Assembly (NCBI GenBank): GCA_030830865.1
Contig: JAURME010000054.1
Span: 12,649 to 76,648, forward strand
Length of the DNA: 64,000 bases
Direction: 5' to 3'
Source of the DNA: Candidatus Nanopelagicales bacterium
GTDB lineage: Bacteria > Actinomycetota > Actinomycetes > S36-B12
Positions 1-9,806 of this stretch are shown piece after piece. Made by a program: the position numbers and the translations under genes. Below the pieces are notes generated by a model. That model was given only the letters and a program-made list of their open reading frames with translations. It was not told where the DNA came from and searched no databases. The first letter of the stretch is position 1. The number at the start of each line of letters is the position of its first letter.

Positions 1-1530
1 CTCGAGGGGCACTGCGGCTGAGACAGGTGTCGCTGCGCCCTCCATGAGGAGGGTCCGACGGGGGGTGGAGTGGGACTGGGCCGTGGCATTGATCTCGGCT
101 GCCACCGCCGTCCGAAGCTCGGCCTCGTCGTTGAGGATTCGGGTGAGATTCTCGATCTCGCGGCGGAGATCGTCCGCTTCCTTCTCCAGCTCGATGCGGG
201 AGAACTTCGTCAAGCGGCGGAGCGGCATGTCGAGGATGTAGTTCGCCTGGACCTCCGACAGGTCGAACACGCTCATGAGTCGCTCACGGGCACTCGCAGC
301 GTCGTCGGAATCGCGAATCAGCTGGATGACCTCGTCGATGTCCAGTATCGCGATCATGAGGCCGTCGACGAGGTGGAGTCGATCCTGCGCCTTGCGGCGG
401 CGGTACTCGCTGCGCCGTCGGACCACCTCCAGACGGTGGTCCAGCCACACCTGGAGCATCTCGACGAGTCCGAGGGTCCGAGGCTGACCGTCGACCAGTG
501 CCACCGCGTTGATGTTGACGGTGTCCTCCATCGGTGTGAGCCGGTAGAGGTGCTCCAGGACAGCCTCGGGGTGGAAGCCATTCTTGATCTCGATGACGAG
601 CTGGAGGCCGGATTCACCGTCGGTGAGATCGACGACGTCGGAGATTCCCTGCAGCTTCTTGGCCTGGACCGCATCCTTGATCCGGTCGATGACGCGCTCC
701 GGCCCGACGTTGAACGGCAGTTCGGTGACGACGATCCCTCGACGGCGAGGGGTGATCTGCTCGACGCGCGTGCGTGCGCGCACCCGGAAACTGCCGCGTC
801 CTGTGGCGTAGGCTTCGCGTACGCCATCGAGGCCGACGATCACACCGCCCGCGGGGAGATCAGGTCCGGGGATCAGGGTCATGATCTCCGCGAGGCTCGC
901 ATCCGGGTGTTCCAGCAGGTGGCGCGCACCGTTCAGCACCTCGCCGAGGTTGTGAGGGACCAGCGTTGTGGCCATGCCCACGGCGATGCCTGCGCCACCG
1001 TTCACGAGAAGGTTCGGGATGGCCGACGGCAGGACTGTGGGCTCGGACTCACGACCGTCGTAGTTGGGGACGAAATCGACGACGTCCTCGTCAAGACCAG
1101 CCGTCATGTCCAAGGCCGGTGTCGCCAGGCGTGCCTCGGTGTAGCGCATCGCTGCCGGACCGTCGTCCAGAGATCCGAAGTTGCCATGTCCGTCGACCAT
1201 GGGCAGCCGAAGGGTGAACGGCTGGGCCATGCGGACAAGGGCGTCGTAGATCGCCGAATCGCCGTGGGGGTGGAGTCGACCCATGACCTCACCGACCACG
1301 CGGGCGCTCTTCACATGGCCTCGATCCGGACGCAGACCCATCTGTGCCATCTGGAACAGGATGCGGCGCTGGACAGGTTTCAGGCCGTCCCGGGCGTCAG
1401 GGAGCGCACGGGAGTAGATGACCGAGTACGCGTACTCGAGAAAGGAACCCTGCATCTCGTCGGCGACGTCGACGTCGACGATCCGCCCATGGTCGACGGA
1501 CGCGCTGGTCTTGGAGCTACGGCGGGCCAT
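1..1530 (-). CDS. DNA topoisomerase type IIA subunit A (GyrA/ParC family), N-terminal 510 codons; C-terminus lies beyond the left window edge
   Basis: Not in the ORF track because there is no stop inside the window. Manual minus-strand translation from ATG (rc of cat at 1528-1530) is open for 510 codons to position 1: [61 protein letters not shown]...[20 protein letters not shown] (catalytic-Tyr motif). The + ORF 70..1560 is its antisense shadow. GyrA versus ParC-like paralogue cannot be decided here. Confidence 0.85.
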   Translation of the reverse strand, partial: MARRSSKTSASVDHGRIVDVDVADEMQGSFLEYAYSVIYSRALPDARDGLKPVQRRILFQMAQMGLRPDRGHVKSARVVGEVMGRLHPHGDSAIYDALVRMAQPFTLRLPMVDGHGNFGSLDDGPAAMRYTEARLATPALDMTAGLDEDVVDFVPNYDGRESEPTVLPSAIPNLLVNGGAGIAVGMATTLVPHNLGEVLNGARHLLEHPDASLAEIMTLIPGPDLPAGGVIVGLDGVREAYATGRGSFRVRARTRVEQITPRRRGIVVTELPFNVGPERVIDRIKDAVQAKKLQGISDVVDLTDGESGLQLVIEIKNGFHPEAVLEHLYRLTPMEDTVNINAVALVDGQPRTLGLVEMLQVWLDHRLEVVRRRSEYRRRKAQDRLHLVDGLMIAILDIDEVIQLIRDSDDAASARERLMSVFDLSEVQANYILDMPLRRLTKFSRIELEKEADDLRREIENLTRILNDEAELRTAVAAEINATAQSHSTPRRTLLMEGAATPVSAAVPLE

Positions 1531-1569
1531 GCGTTCCTCTCATGTGGCGGTGCTGTGTGATTCTCCCCG

Positions 1570-2451
1570 TCAGGGGTCCAGCGGGCTGGCACCGACACGG
1601 GCGACGGCCAGAGCGGCCACGTCCTGGCCTGAGGCGAGCGCCCTAGCCAACCCCTCAGCCCGCAGCCACGAGGGCAGGAAGCCGGCGGTGAAGGCGTCCC
1701 CGGCACCCGTGGTGTCGAGGATCTCCGTAGCCCGGGAGGGTGCCTGGACGGTTCCCGAGGCGTCGTGGGCCATGGCTCCGCGGGCCCCCACCTTGACCAC
1801 GACGCAGGGCGTCCGATCCGCTAGCAGTTCCAGAGCGGCGTGTGGGTCGTCCCTGCCGGTGAGCGCCTCGGCTTCGAGTTCGTTGGCCAGCAGCACGTCG
1901 ACCTTCGGAAGCACGTCATCGAACAGCTCGCGGTGGGAGAGGATGGGCGCTGCGGACGCGGGATCCAGACTGCAGGTGGCGCCGACGTGCCGCGCGTGGT
2001 CAAGGGCGTCGAGTGCCAGCTGACGCGTGGCGGGATTGATGAGGGTGTATCCGGACACGTGCAGGTGGTCCTCAGCACCGACCTGCACGAGCACGTCCTC
2101 ACGCCGGACGGCGGAGTTGGCGCCGACATCCGGGAACATGGTGCGCTCACGGTGGAGATCCACGATGATCACGCACGCCCCGGTGGGTTCGGGAGCCTCG
2201 GACAGGTGAACGTCGACGCCGATCGACGCGAGGCGCTCACGAATCGTGCGCCCGAAGACATCTGATCCGACTGCGCCCACGAGCGTCACGGGGTCTCCCC
2301 GCGTTGCCATCCATGCACTCGTATTGGCGCCCGCCCCTCCGGGGAGCAAGGCCACCCGTGCTGGAGTATCACTGGCATAGGCGATGTCGGCGTCGATGAC
2401 GGCGCTGATGTCCATCATGACGTCCCCGACGACGACGCATCGTCGTGTCAC
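1570..2451 (-). CDS. PfkB-family sugar/nucleoside kinase, putative pseudouridine kinase
   Basis: 293 aa ORF. It has VVVGDVMMD...LLPGGAGANTSAW near the N-terminus and DTTGAGDAFTAGF near the C-terminus (PfkB signatures). The GTG start overlaps the psuG stop (GTGA at 2448-2451), so it is cotranscribed behind psuG like the E. coli psuK/psuG pair. Substrate is inferred from context only. Confidence 0.7.
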   Translation of the reverse strand: MTRRCVVVGDVMMDISAVIDADIAYASDTPARVALLPGGAGANTSAWMATRGDPVTLVGAVGSDVFGRTIRERLASIGVDVHLSEAPEPTGACVIIVDLHRERTMFPDVGANSAVRREDVLVQVGAEDHLHVSGYTLINPATRQLALDALDHARHVGATCSLDPASAAPILSHRELFDDVLPKVDVLLANELEAEALTGRDDPHAALELLADRTPCVVVKVGARGAMAHDASGTVQAPSRATEILDTTGAGDAFTAGFLPSWLRAEGLARALASGQDVAALAVARVGASPLDP

Positions 2452-3422
2452 GAGGCCGCCCCCGATCGACTCACCTCCGGGGAGGCCGCGCGTGCGGTCG
2501 CGATACGGGCGGCGAGCTCGGAGTTGCGGACGATGATCTGCTCGTTGACGAGAAGCGAGGCGCCATGGGTTGCTCGGTGGAAATGGTCGAGCAGGAAGGG
2601 CGTGACGTCCTTCCCGGTGATGTTGCGGGCAGCGGCTCTACGAAGGCCCTCCTCGAGGACGTCATGGTGCAGGTCCGGATCCAGCTGGGCGTTCTGCGGC
2701 AGCGGATAGGCCACCACGAGGGCGGACGGGATATTCAGCGCTCGACGCGAGCCCATGATGTCGGCGACGGCATCGGCGGAGTCCACAGACCAGTGGACCG
2801 GGTGTCCTGAGTCACTCAGATAGAAGCCGGGAAACTGGTTCGTCCCGTACCCGAGAACACCGACATTGAGGGTCTCCAGCCGCTCCAGGGTGGCCGAGAC
2901 GTCCAGGATGGACTTCACGCCCGAGCAGACGACCGTGACAGGGGTGACGGACAGAGCGCCCAGGTCGGCGGACTCGTCCCAGCTGTCACGTGCCTGGCGG
3001 TGGACACCGCCGAGACCGCCGGTCGCGAACACCTCGATGCCGGCAAGGTGGGCGATGTGGCTAGTGGCGGCGACTGTCGTGGCCCCGCTGCCGCCACGGG
3101 CCACGATCGTCGCGAGGTCTCGGCTGCTGACCTTGACGATGTCATCGCGCTGGGCCACCTGATCGAGGGCGTCGTCATCGAGGCCGATGCGCACCCGGCC
3201 ATCGAGAACCGCGATGGTGGCAGGCACAGCGCCCCGAGAGCGGACGATGTCCTCAACCTCGGTCGCAACGCGCAGGTTCTCCGGCCGCGGCAGTCCGTGG
3301 CTGATGATGGTGGACTCCAGGGCGACGACGGCGGCGCCGGCCCGAAGAGCGGCCGCGACCTCGTCGTGTACGTCGAAGACGGCGGGATCGAGAAGGTCGA
3401 GGGGGAGGGGAACATCGCTCAC
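2448..3422 (-). CDS. psuG: pseudouridine-5'-phosphate glycosidase
   Basis: 324 aa. VVALESTIISHGLPRPENL, ATGGLGGVHR and the overall IndA/PsuG-like sequence. GTG start at 3422. Confidence 0.85.
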   Translation of the reverse strand: MSDVPLPLDLLDPAVFDVHDEVAAALRAGAAVVALESTIISHGLPRPENLRVATEVEDIVRSRGAVPATIAVLDGRVRIGLDDDALDQVAQRDDIVKVSSRDLATIVARGGSGATTVAATSHIAHLAGIEVFATGGLGGVHRQARDSWDESADLGALSVTPVTVVCSGVKSILDVSATLERLETLNVGVLGYGTNQFPGFYLSDSGHPVHWSVDSADAVADIMGSRRALNIPSALVVAYPLPQNAQLDPDLHHDVLEEGLRRAAARNITGKDVTPFLLDHFHRATHGASLLVNEQIIVRNSELAARIATARAASPEVSRSGAAS

Positions 3423-3636
3423 TGGGGAACCCTATCGACAGGAATCCTGTCCATGGCGTGGGTCGCAGAAGGCATGGCGAGGCGAGGGCTGGTCCGTGCA
3501 GGCGACCTTGTGCGTCTGAGAGACCATCAGCATCCGGCCCATCCAGGCCGACGGCGGCGCCGCCGTGAACGGGCTCCGCGAGAGTCGGTCATCGTGCACC
3601 GACGCACTGCGGTTCTCCGGAGCCGCGGGTGGAAGA

Positions 3637-4230
3637 ATGGCCGCCATGACGGACACGGCCATGACCAAGCGGCTCCGGACGGACATCCAGCGGTCGGGCT
3701 ACTACCCGGACCTGGTGTCCGATGCTCTGGAGACGGCCCTGGCAGATGAGCCGCTCGTGTCCTACGTCGTCCACCATGAGGCGACCTTCGACCGCGACGA
3801 GCTTCGGCGACACATCACCGTTCTGGCGCTGACGCCCACCCGACTCGTGGTGAGCCACACCGACGAGCACCCGGCGGATGATGTGCATCCGGTGGCCTCG
3901 GCTACCGCCTCGACGGAAGCGGTTCGGCTGGAGCGGGTCGACTCGGTCGTCGTCTCACGCGTCGTCAACGATCCGGCGCGGCACCGAGCGGGCAGCCCGG
4001 CTGCCGAGGTCGTCCTGACGATCGGCTGGGGAGCCGTCAGTCGACTCGATCTCGAGCCTGCGACCTGCGGGGACCCCGGATGTGACGCCGACCACGGGTA
4101 CACCGGAACGTCGAGCAACGATGACCTCTCCGTCCGGGTGTCCGCAGCAGCCGACGGTGCCGAGGTGGTCACCCGGGTTCTGGAGTTCGCTGCGGCGCTC
4201 TCGCAGGCCACCGCCGATCGCGCTCGGTGA
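3637..4230 (+). CDS. DUF5998-family protein (uncharacterised, actinobacterial)
   Basis: ORF 3565..4230. I chose ATG 3637, preceded by GGTGGAAGA; codons upstream of it have lower GC3. The sequence QRSGYYPDLVSDALETAL...VVHHEATFDRDELRRHITVLALTPTRLVVSHTDE matches my memory of DUF5998. Its stop overlaps the next start (4227-4230). Confidence 0.65.
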   Translation: MAAMTDTAMTKRLRTDIQRSGYYPDLVSDALETALADEPLVSYVVHHEATFDRDELRRHITVLALTPTRLVVSHTDEHPADDVHPVASATASTEAVRLERVDSVVVSRVVNDPARHRAGSPAAEVVLTIGWGAVSRLDLEPATCGDPGCDADHGYTGTSSNDDLSVRVSAAADGAEVVTRVLEFAAALSQATADRAR

Positions 4231-5342
4231 CGTCGACCGTCGTGGCCGACGGGCCGCGCACCCTCGCCGACGTCAGTGTGTCGGCGGCGGCGGCCGTGGG
4301 CGTGCCGGGATTCACGGATCGGCTCGGTCTCGGTCAAGCCGATCATGTCGTGCTCTGCCTTGTCGACGGTCTCGGCTGGCAGGCGCTCCAGGCTCATCGC
4401 CACCTCGCTCCCCATCTGGCGGAGCTCTCGGGCCGGAGCGTGGAGGCGCCGTTCCCGAGCACGACGCCGGTGGGCCTGGGGTCCTTGGGGACGGGGTTGT
4501 TGGCGGGTGAGCACGGTCTGGTGGGCGCCTCCTTCGAGTACCCCGAGACCGGTCGGATCCTGTCTCCGCTGCAGTGGGGGCATCAGCCCACCCCGGTGGC
4601 CGTTCAGCCCGAACCCACCGTGTTCGAGCGGGTGCATCGCGCAGGAGTGCGGATGACGACGCTCTCAGCTCCCGACTACGAGGCCTCAGGACTCACGCAG
4701 GCGGTCCTGCGGGGGGCGGACTACCGAGGCGTCGAGGACCTTGACCAGCGGTGTGCAGCCGTGGGCGAGATCCTCGCCAGTGGCGGACCGACGTATACGT
4801 ACGTCTACTGGCCGGAGCTGGACCGGGTGGGCCATGAGTCCGGTGTCGACAGTGTCCAATGGCGAGCAGCTCTCGGTCGGGTCGACAATCTCGTGGCGCG
4901 TCTGACCGATCAACTGGTCCCGGGAGCCCTGTTGGTCGTGACCGCCGACCACGGCATGGTCGACATCCCGTCAGATCACCGGTTCTCCCTGGATGACGAC
5001 CCACGTCTGAGGAGGGGTGTCCGCCGATGGGCCGGAGAGCCTCGGGCGCGCCACGTGTACACGGACGAGGGTGCCGCGTGGGATGTCCTGGCGACCTGGG
5101 GGTCCATCCTGGGTGAGCGGGCGCACGTCCTCACTCGTGCGGAGGCGGTGGACCGCGGCCTGTTCGGACCGGTGGACCCGGCCCTCGCCGACCGCATCGG
5201 CGACCTGATCGTCGTACCGCACGCAGGATGGATGCTGGCGAGTCGCGTCGATCCCACCATCTCTCAACTGATCGGACAGCATGGTGGTCTGACGCCCGAT
5301 GAGATTCTCATCCCCGCACTCACCGCGCGCTCCGGGATGTGA
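4227..5342 (+). CDS. alkaline-phosphatase-superfamily protein (nucleotide pyrophosphatase/phosphodiesterase-like)
   Basis: 371 aa. VVLCLVDGLGWQAL, FPSTTPVGLGSLGTG and VVTADHGMVD are metal-ligand and nucleophile motifs of the alkaline phosphatase/NPP fold. Confidence 0.75.
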   Translation: MTSTVVADGPRTLADVSVSAAAAVGVPGFTDRLGLGQADHVVLCLVDGLGWQALQAHRHLAPHLAELSGRSVEAPFPSTTPVGLGSLGTGLLAGEHGLVGASFEYPETGRILSPLQWGHQPTPVAVQPEPTVFERVHRAGVRMTTLSAPDYEASGLTQAVLRGADYRGVEDLDQRCAAVGEILASGGPTYTYVYWPELDRVGHESGVDSVQWRAALGRVDNLVARLTDQLVPGALLVVTADHGMVDIPSDHRFSLDDDPRLRRGVRRWAGEPRARHVYTDEGAAWDVLATWGSILGERAHVLTRAEAVDRGLFGPVDPALADRIGDLIVVPHAGWMLASRVDPTISQLIGQHGGLTPDEILIPALTARSGM

Positions 5343-5352
5343 GGATGGTGTC

Positions 5353-6024
5353 GTGGCGGAGTTGACCTTCTATGCCGGGACCATGGACTGTGGGAAGTCC
5401 ACCCTTGCCCTCCAGACCGATCACAACCACCGTTCCCGTGGTAGAGCGGGACTGGTCTTCACCAGACTCGACCGAGCGGGGGAGTCGGTCTTGTCGAGCC
5501 GCCTCGGGCTCTCGGTGTCCGCCGTCGAAGTGCACGACTCCCTGGACCTGCGTCGTACGGTCGTGGATCGTCTGTCCGCGGGTGAACGGGTCGACTACCT
5601 CATCTGCGATGAGGCGCAGTTCTACACCGAGGAGCAGGTCGAGCAGCTGGCCTCGGTGGTGGACGACCTCGCTATCGATGTCTACGCCTTCGGCATCATG
5701 ACCGATTTCAAGACCCGACTGTTCCCGGGATCCGCACGACTGGTCGAACTCGCGGACCGGATGCAGGTCCTGCAGGTCGAGGCTCTGTGCTGGTGTGGTG
5801 GGCGCGCGATCCACAACGCCAGGACCGTCAACGGGGAGATGGTCGTCGAAGGCGATCAGGTGCTGGTCGGTGACACGGCCGCCGCGGCGGCGGACGTCGT
5901 CTCCTACGAGGTGCTCTGCCGGCGGCACTACGTGGCACGCATGACCGCCTCCCGGGCCAAGCAGGCTCACATGTCGTCACAGCCCCTGCCCTTCAACGAG
6001 GGCGACGGCTCAGCGCAGGGCTGA
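5353..6024 (+). CDS. tdk: thymidine kinase
   Basis: P-loop GTMDCGKST, ICDEAQFY and the zinc-ribbon cysteines LCWCGG...LCRRHY. Start re-picked as GTG 5353 after GAGGA at 5341-5345 (track ORF starts at 5299 inside the upstream gene). TTG 5362 is an alternative. Confidence 0.85.
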   Translation: MAELTFYAGTMDCGKSTLALQTDHNHRSRGRAGLVFTRLDRAGESVLSSRLGLSVSAVEVHDSLDLRRTVVDRLSAGERVDYLICDEAQFYTEEQVEQLASVVDDLAIDVYAFGIMTDFKTRLFPGSARLVELADRMQVLQVEALCWCGGRAIHNARTVNGEMVVEGDQVLVGDTAAAAADVVSYEVLCRRHYVARMTASRAKQAHMSSQPLPFNEGDGSAQG

Positions 6025-6038
6025 CCGCACGCGTCTGG

Positions 6039-6791
6039 TCAGTCGTCCGACCGACCAGCACCGAAGAGGATCTCGTCCCAGCTGGGCACGCTCGTCCGAC
6101 CCTTGCGGCCCTTGGGCTTGCGAACGGTCCGCTTCGCAGGGGTCTGGTCCTCCGCGGCAGCCGGGGGTGTAGGTGCATCCGAGTCACGGGGCAGGGTGAT
6201 GGTCTCCTGCTCGTAGCCGCCACCGGTCCGGGCGGGTGCGTCCTTGAGGTCCAGAGCCCCTGCTGCGGTGCCATCTCGGTCCTCGTGCGGTGCGGGCACC
6301 ACGGCGAGGCGGGGTCGGGCGTCTGAGTCGTCCCGCACGACCGGCACCTCGGCGGCCAGGTCCAGGGCCTCCGCGATGTCCAGCTCCTCGTCGACCGGAG
6401 CCGGCGCGGCTCCCAGGAGTCGGCGGGCTGACTCGTTGAGCGCGTGGAGGTTGCGTCCGTGGTGGTCGTAGGTCCACTCGGCGGTCTCGCCATCGAAGGT
6501 GGCCGTGACGACCCAGCGTCCGTCCTCGCGACGGTGGGCGTCCCAGAGGACCGAGTCCATGGCTGACGCCCCGAGGACTCGCTCGCAGGCGTCGTACAGG
6601 CTCACCGACCCGCGGGAACGACGGACCTCGACGGTCTGGGCCTGGTTGGCCATGAAGGTACGCTCGGCGAGCAGCGGCTCGGCATACCGCAGGACCTTGT
6701 CCAGCGCCCATCCGGTATCGGACGCGACATCCTCAGCGGACTCGCCGGCGCGCACGCGCGCCTGCACCTCGCGAGGGCTGAACGAGTCCAC
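6039..6791 (-). CDS. sepH: SepH-like cell-division protein (DUF3071 HTH core plus conserved C-terminal motif), N-terminally short
   Basis: SPREVQARVRAGESAEDVASDTGWALDKVLRYAEPLLAERTFMA (DUF3071 helix-turn-helix region) and the C-terminal KGRKGRTSVPSWDEILFG. Start chosen as GTG 6791, 5 nt after GGGAGA. Codons between 6792 and the track start 6878 (TTG) are GC3-poor with rare codons. ATG 6857 is an alternative. Confidence 0.65.
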   Translation of the reverse strand: MDSFSPREVQARVRAGESAEDVASDTGWALDKVLRYAEPLLAERTFMANQAQTVEVRRSRGSVSLYDACERVLGASAMDSVLWDAHRREDGRWVVTATFDGETAEWTYDHHGRNLHALNESARRLLGAAPAPVDEELDIAEALDLAAEVPVVRDDSDARPRLAVVPAPHEDRDGTAAGALDLKDAPARTGGGYEQETITLPRDSDAPTPPAAAEDQTPAKRTVRKPKGRKGRTSVPSWDEILFGAGRSDD

Positions 6792-6917
6792 TTCTGTCTC
6801 CCATGTCCGGACGCGGGAAGATCCCGCTAGGACGAACCTAGCGCGTCCCCGCCCCATCTGTGCCACACAGTCCCACAAGCGCCGCGCCTGGGGAGTGCTC
6901 TGTGCACACGGCGGTGG

Positions 6918-8204
6918 TCAGGGGGCATCGTCGATCACGCCTCCGGGATGGGGTCCCGGCAGCGGATCGTCGTTCCACGGTGCGGCCAACCGCATGACGT
7001 CGATAGGCCGGACGTGGCGGGCGAAGGTCGGTTGCGCCACGGCCCCGATCAGGGTCGCGAGCAGACCACCGCACGTGGCGACGGCAAATCCCGCGGTCGT
7101 GCCGTACGACTGGACGACGATTCCCGCGGTGGCCGTGCCGAGGGCGAAGCCGGTGGCAAGCCCCGAGTTTGTCCAGGTCAGGCCCTCAGTGAGCTGTGCA
7201 GAAGGCACGAGTCGCTCCGTGATCGAGAACGCGGCGATGAGCATGGGTGCCACGGATGCTCCGCCGATCGCAGTCACCACCGCGAGGAAGGGCAGTGACG
7301 GGGCGATGAGGGGTGGAATCAAGGCCACCACGACGATGGCCGGCAGGACCACCATCTGCCGGCCCAGTGGGATCGACCAACTCCGCGCCCCGAACCACAG
7401 TCCGCCGACCATCGAGCCGAGGGCCCACAGGCTCAGTATGAGGCCCGACACGCCAGGCGCGTCCCGTTGATCGCTGAACGCTACGACCGACACCTCATAG
7501 GCGCCGAAGACGGCACCGATGCCGATGGCGACGACGACGACCAGGGCCACACCGGGTTGGAACAGCGCTCCGCGCCCGGAAGTCTGGACCTCGGGGGGTC
7601 GCTGCGCTGCACGCGGTGGCTGTGTGCTGCGCTGAGCGGCGAGAGTCACGCCGCCGATCAGACCGATGGCCGCACCCAGGATGATCGGTGCGGGCAGGGC
7701 CCACTTGACCGCGAGGAACGTGGTGAGTGCGGGACCCACGGTGAAGACGAGTTCGTCGATGACGCTCTCGAGCGCGAAGGCACTCTGGCGACGGCTCCCG
7801 TCGGAGGCGGCGTGGGCCCAGCGCGCACGCACCATCGAACCGATGGCCGGCTGGCACGCTCCGGCGGCTGCTACGACGAGGGCCTGGACGGGCAGCGGGA
7901 GCCCCGCCTGCACCGTGACGACGAAGGCAATGAGGAGGAGGGCATTGCCTCCGGCGAGCCAGGGCAGCAGTCGCGCCTGGCCGACCCGATCGATCCATCG
8001 GCTGGTCAGGATGGCACCGAACGCCGCGGGAAGCTGAAAGGACGCTGAGAGCAGGCCCGCGAAGGCGAAGGAGCCGGTCTCGCCCTTCACCAGAAGCAGG
8101 ATGCCGAGTCCGACCATGGCGATCGGCAGACGTGCCACGAGACCGGTGGAGGAGAACTGCCACGCCCCCGGGATCTCCAGGGCACGCCGGTAGGCGCCCA
8201 TCAT
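6918..8204 (-). CDS. MFS transporter
   Basis: 428 aa, about 12 hydrophobic segments, and an MFS-like TSRWIDRVGQARLL loop between TM2 and TM3. Confidence 0.8.
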   Translation of the reverse strand: MMGAYRRALEIPGAWQFSSTGLVARLPIAMVGLGILLLVKGETGSFAFAGLLSASFQLPAAFGAILTSRWIDRVGQARLLPWLAGGNALLLIAFVVTVQAGLPLPVQALVVAAAGACQPAIGSMVRARWAHAASDGSRRQSAFALESVIDELVFTVGPALTTFLAVKWALPAPIILGAAIGLIGGVTLAAQRSTQPPRAAQRPPEVQTSGRGALFQPGVALVVVVAIGIGAVFGAYEVSVVAFSDQRDAPGVSGLILSLWALGSMVGGLWFGARSWSIPLGRQMVVLPAIVVVALIPPLIAPSLPFLAVVTAIGGASVAPMLIAAFSITERLVPSAQLTEGLTWTNSGLATGFALGTATAGIVVQSYGTTAGFAVATCGGLLATLIGAVAQPTFARHVRPIDVMRLAAPWNDDPLPGPHPGGVIDDAP

Positions 8205-8248
8205 GGTGCGGACGCTACCGCCCCCGTGGCACGCGGCAGGATGCTCCC

Positions 8249-9088
8249 ATGGCCACGATGCTCACTGTGCCCCTCGCCGATCTCCTGACGCTGCACCCCT
8301 CCCTCGGCACCGCGTGGAGGGCTGGCTGGAAGGCGGGCCTGTTCCTTCGGGATGAACGCCCCAGCGACCTCACGATCGACACCAAGAGCACGCCGACCGA
8401 TGTCGTCTCGGCTATGGATCGCGGCGCGGAACGGATCATCGTGGATGCCCTGCTCGGGGACTACCCGGATGACGGGTTCCTCGGCGAGGAGGGCGGGGAA
8501 CGACCTTCGGCATCCGGTCGTCGCTGGATCGTGGATCCACTCGATGCGACCGTGAACTACCTGTACGGCCTTCCGCTGTGGGGTGTCTCCATCGCCCTCG
8601 AGGAGCCGGATGGCACGGCGCTCGGGATCGTCGTGCTCCCTGCCCTGGACCAGGCCTATCTGGCCGTGCGTGGAGCAGGCGCCTGGCGCGTGGAGCAGGG
8701 CCGCGCGACGGCGTTGCCGGGTTCCTCGTGCCAGATGCTGTCCCAGGCGCTCATCGCGACCGGCTTCGGCTACTCGGCCGAGCGTCGCGTGAGCCAGGCC
8801 GCGGTGGTCGGACGGATCATCGGACGGGTGCGCGACGTGCGCCGCACCGGATGTGCGGTCATCGACTTCTGCTGGCTGGCCGAGGGGCGCGCAGACGGCT
8901 ACTACGAGTACGGCTTGAATCCGTGGGATCACGCGGCGGCGGCGCTCGTCTGTCGCGAGGCCGGGATCGTTGTCACAGGTCTGGACGGGGGGGTCGACCT
9001 GGATCCGGCATTCGTCGCTGCCGCCCCGGGGATCGCGGACGAGTTGCGCACCCTGCTCGTCGCCAGTGGTGCCGCGCAGATGCCGTAG
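8249..9088 (+). CDS. inositol monophosphatase family protein (SuhB/ImpA-like)
   Basis: FLGEEGG and WIVDPLDATVNYLYG (IMPase signatures). Start re-picked at ATG 8249 (MATMLTV...) because the track ORF start 8132 overlaps the divergent MFS gene. Confidence 0.8.
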   Translation: MATMLTVPLADLLTLHPSLGTAWRAGWKAGLFLRDERPSDLTIDTKSTPTDVVSAMDRGAERIIVDALLGDYPDDGFLGEEGGERPSASGRRWIVDPLDATVNYLYGLPLWGVSIALEEPDGTALGIVVLPALDQAYLAVRGAGAWRVEQGRATALPGSSCQMLSQALIATGFGYSAERRVSQAAVVGRIIGRVRDVRRTGCAVIDFCWLAEGRADGYYEYGLNPWDHAAAALVCREAGIVVTGLDGGVDLDPAFVAAAPGIADELRTLLVASGAAQMP

Positions 9089-9148
9089 CCGGACACGGCG
9101 ACGGCGTCGACCGCGGGCACGTGCGGACCCTCACCGGCCCTCGGTCGG

Positions 9149-9667
9149 TCAGTCGAGCCGCCGGAGCTCGGCGTTGTACCAGTGGGCGTTGTGCACGTAC
9201 ACCTCGACCATCCGGGCGAACTCACCTTCGCTAACGGCGTTCTCGGTGATCCGGGCCGGGACGCCGAGAGCTCGCGCGAAGGGCGGCACGACCTTGTCGT
9301 TACCCACCACGGCACCCGCTCCGATGAGCCCGTGCGGGCCGACGACCACCCGGTGAAGCACGATCGAGCCCGAGCCGACGAGGGAGTCATCGAGGATGGT
9401 GCATCCCTCGAGGTGGGCGTTGTGACCGACGACGCACCGATCTCCGATCATGGTGTCGGCGCCGGACGCGCAGTGGACGATCGTGCCGTCCTGGACCGAG
9501 GTCTGGCGTCCGACTCGGATGCTGCCGTGGTCGCCGCGCAGGACGGCCGTGGGCCAGATGGTCGACTCCTCGCCGACGGTCACGTCTCCGATGACGACGG
9601 CGTCGGGATGGACGAAGGCTGATGGGTGAATGCTCGGGACACGGTCCCCGAGGGCGTAGAGCGGCAT
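9149..9667 (-). CDS. gamma-carbonic-anhydrase-like / hexapeptide-repeat (LbH) protein
   Basis: MPLYALGDRVPSIHPSAFVHPDAVVIGDVTVGEESTIWPTAVLRGDHGSIRVGRQTSVQDGTIVH has the typical gamma-CA/PaaY-like left-handed beta-helix pattern. Start re-picked at ATG 9667. Confidence 0.8.
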   Translation of the reverse strand: MPLYALGDRVPSIHPSAFVHPDAVVIGDVTVGEESTIWPTAVLRGDHGSIRVGRQTSVQDGTIVHCASGADTMIGDRCVVGHNAHLEGCTILDDSLVGSGSIVLHRVVVGPHGLIGAGAVVGNDKVVPPFARALGVPARITENAVSEGEFARMVEVYVHNAHWYNAELRRLD

Positions 9668-9806
9668 GAGAATCCTCGCAGTCGATGCGGGCACGAAAGG
9701 TGCAACACCCCTACCCTGCCATGCGCGGGCGAAGGGGATGAGGCACAATCTCCGCGCACGGGTCGCTTGACGGCCATCACGGCACGCAGAAGAAGGGCAA
9801 GGACAC

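Noticed and set aside
70-1560. 496-aa + strand ORF at the left edge
   Set aside because: Its composition (D/V/L/R/G-rich) and position are those of an antisense shadow in high-GC DNA. The opposite strand encodes an unmistakable topoisomerase A-subunit N-terminus.
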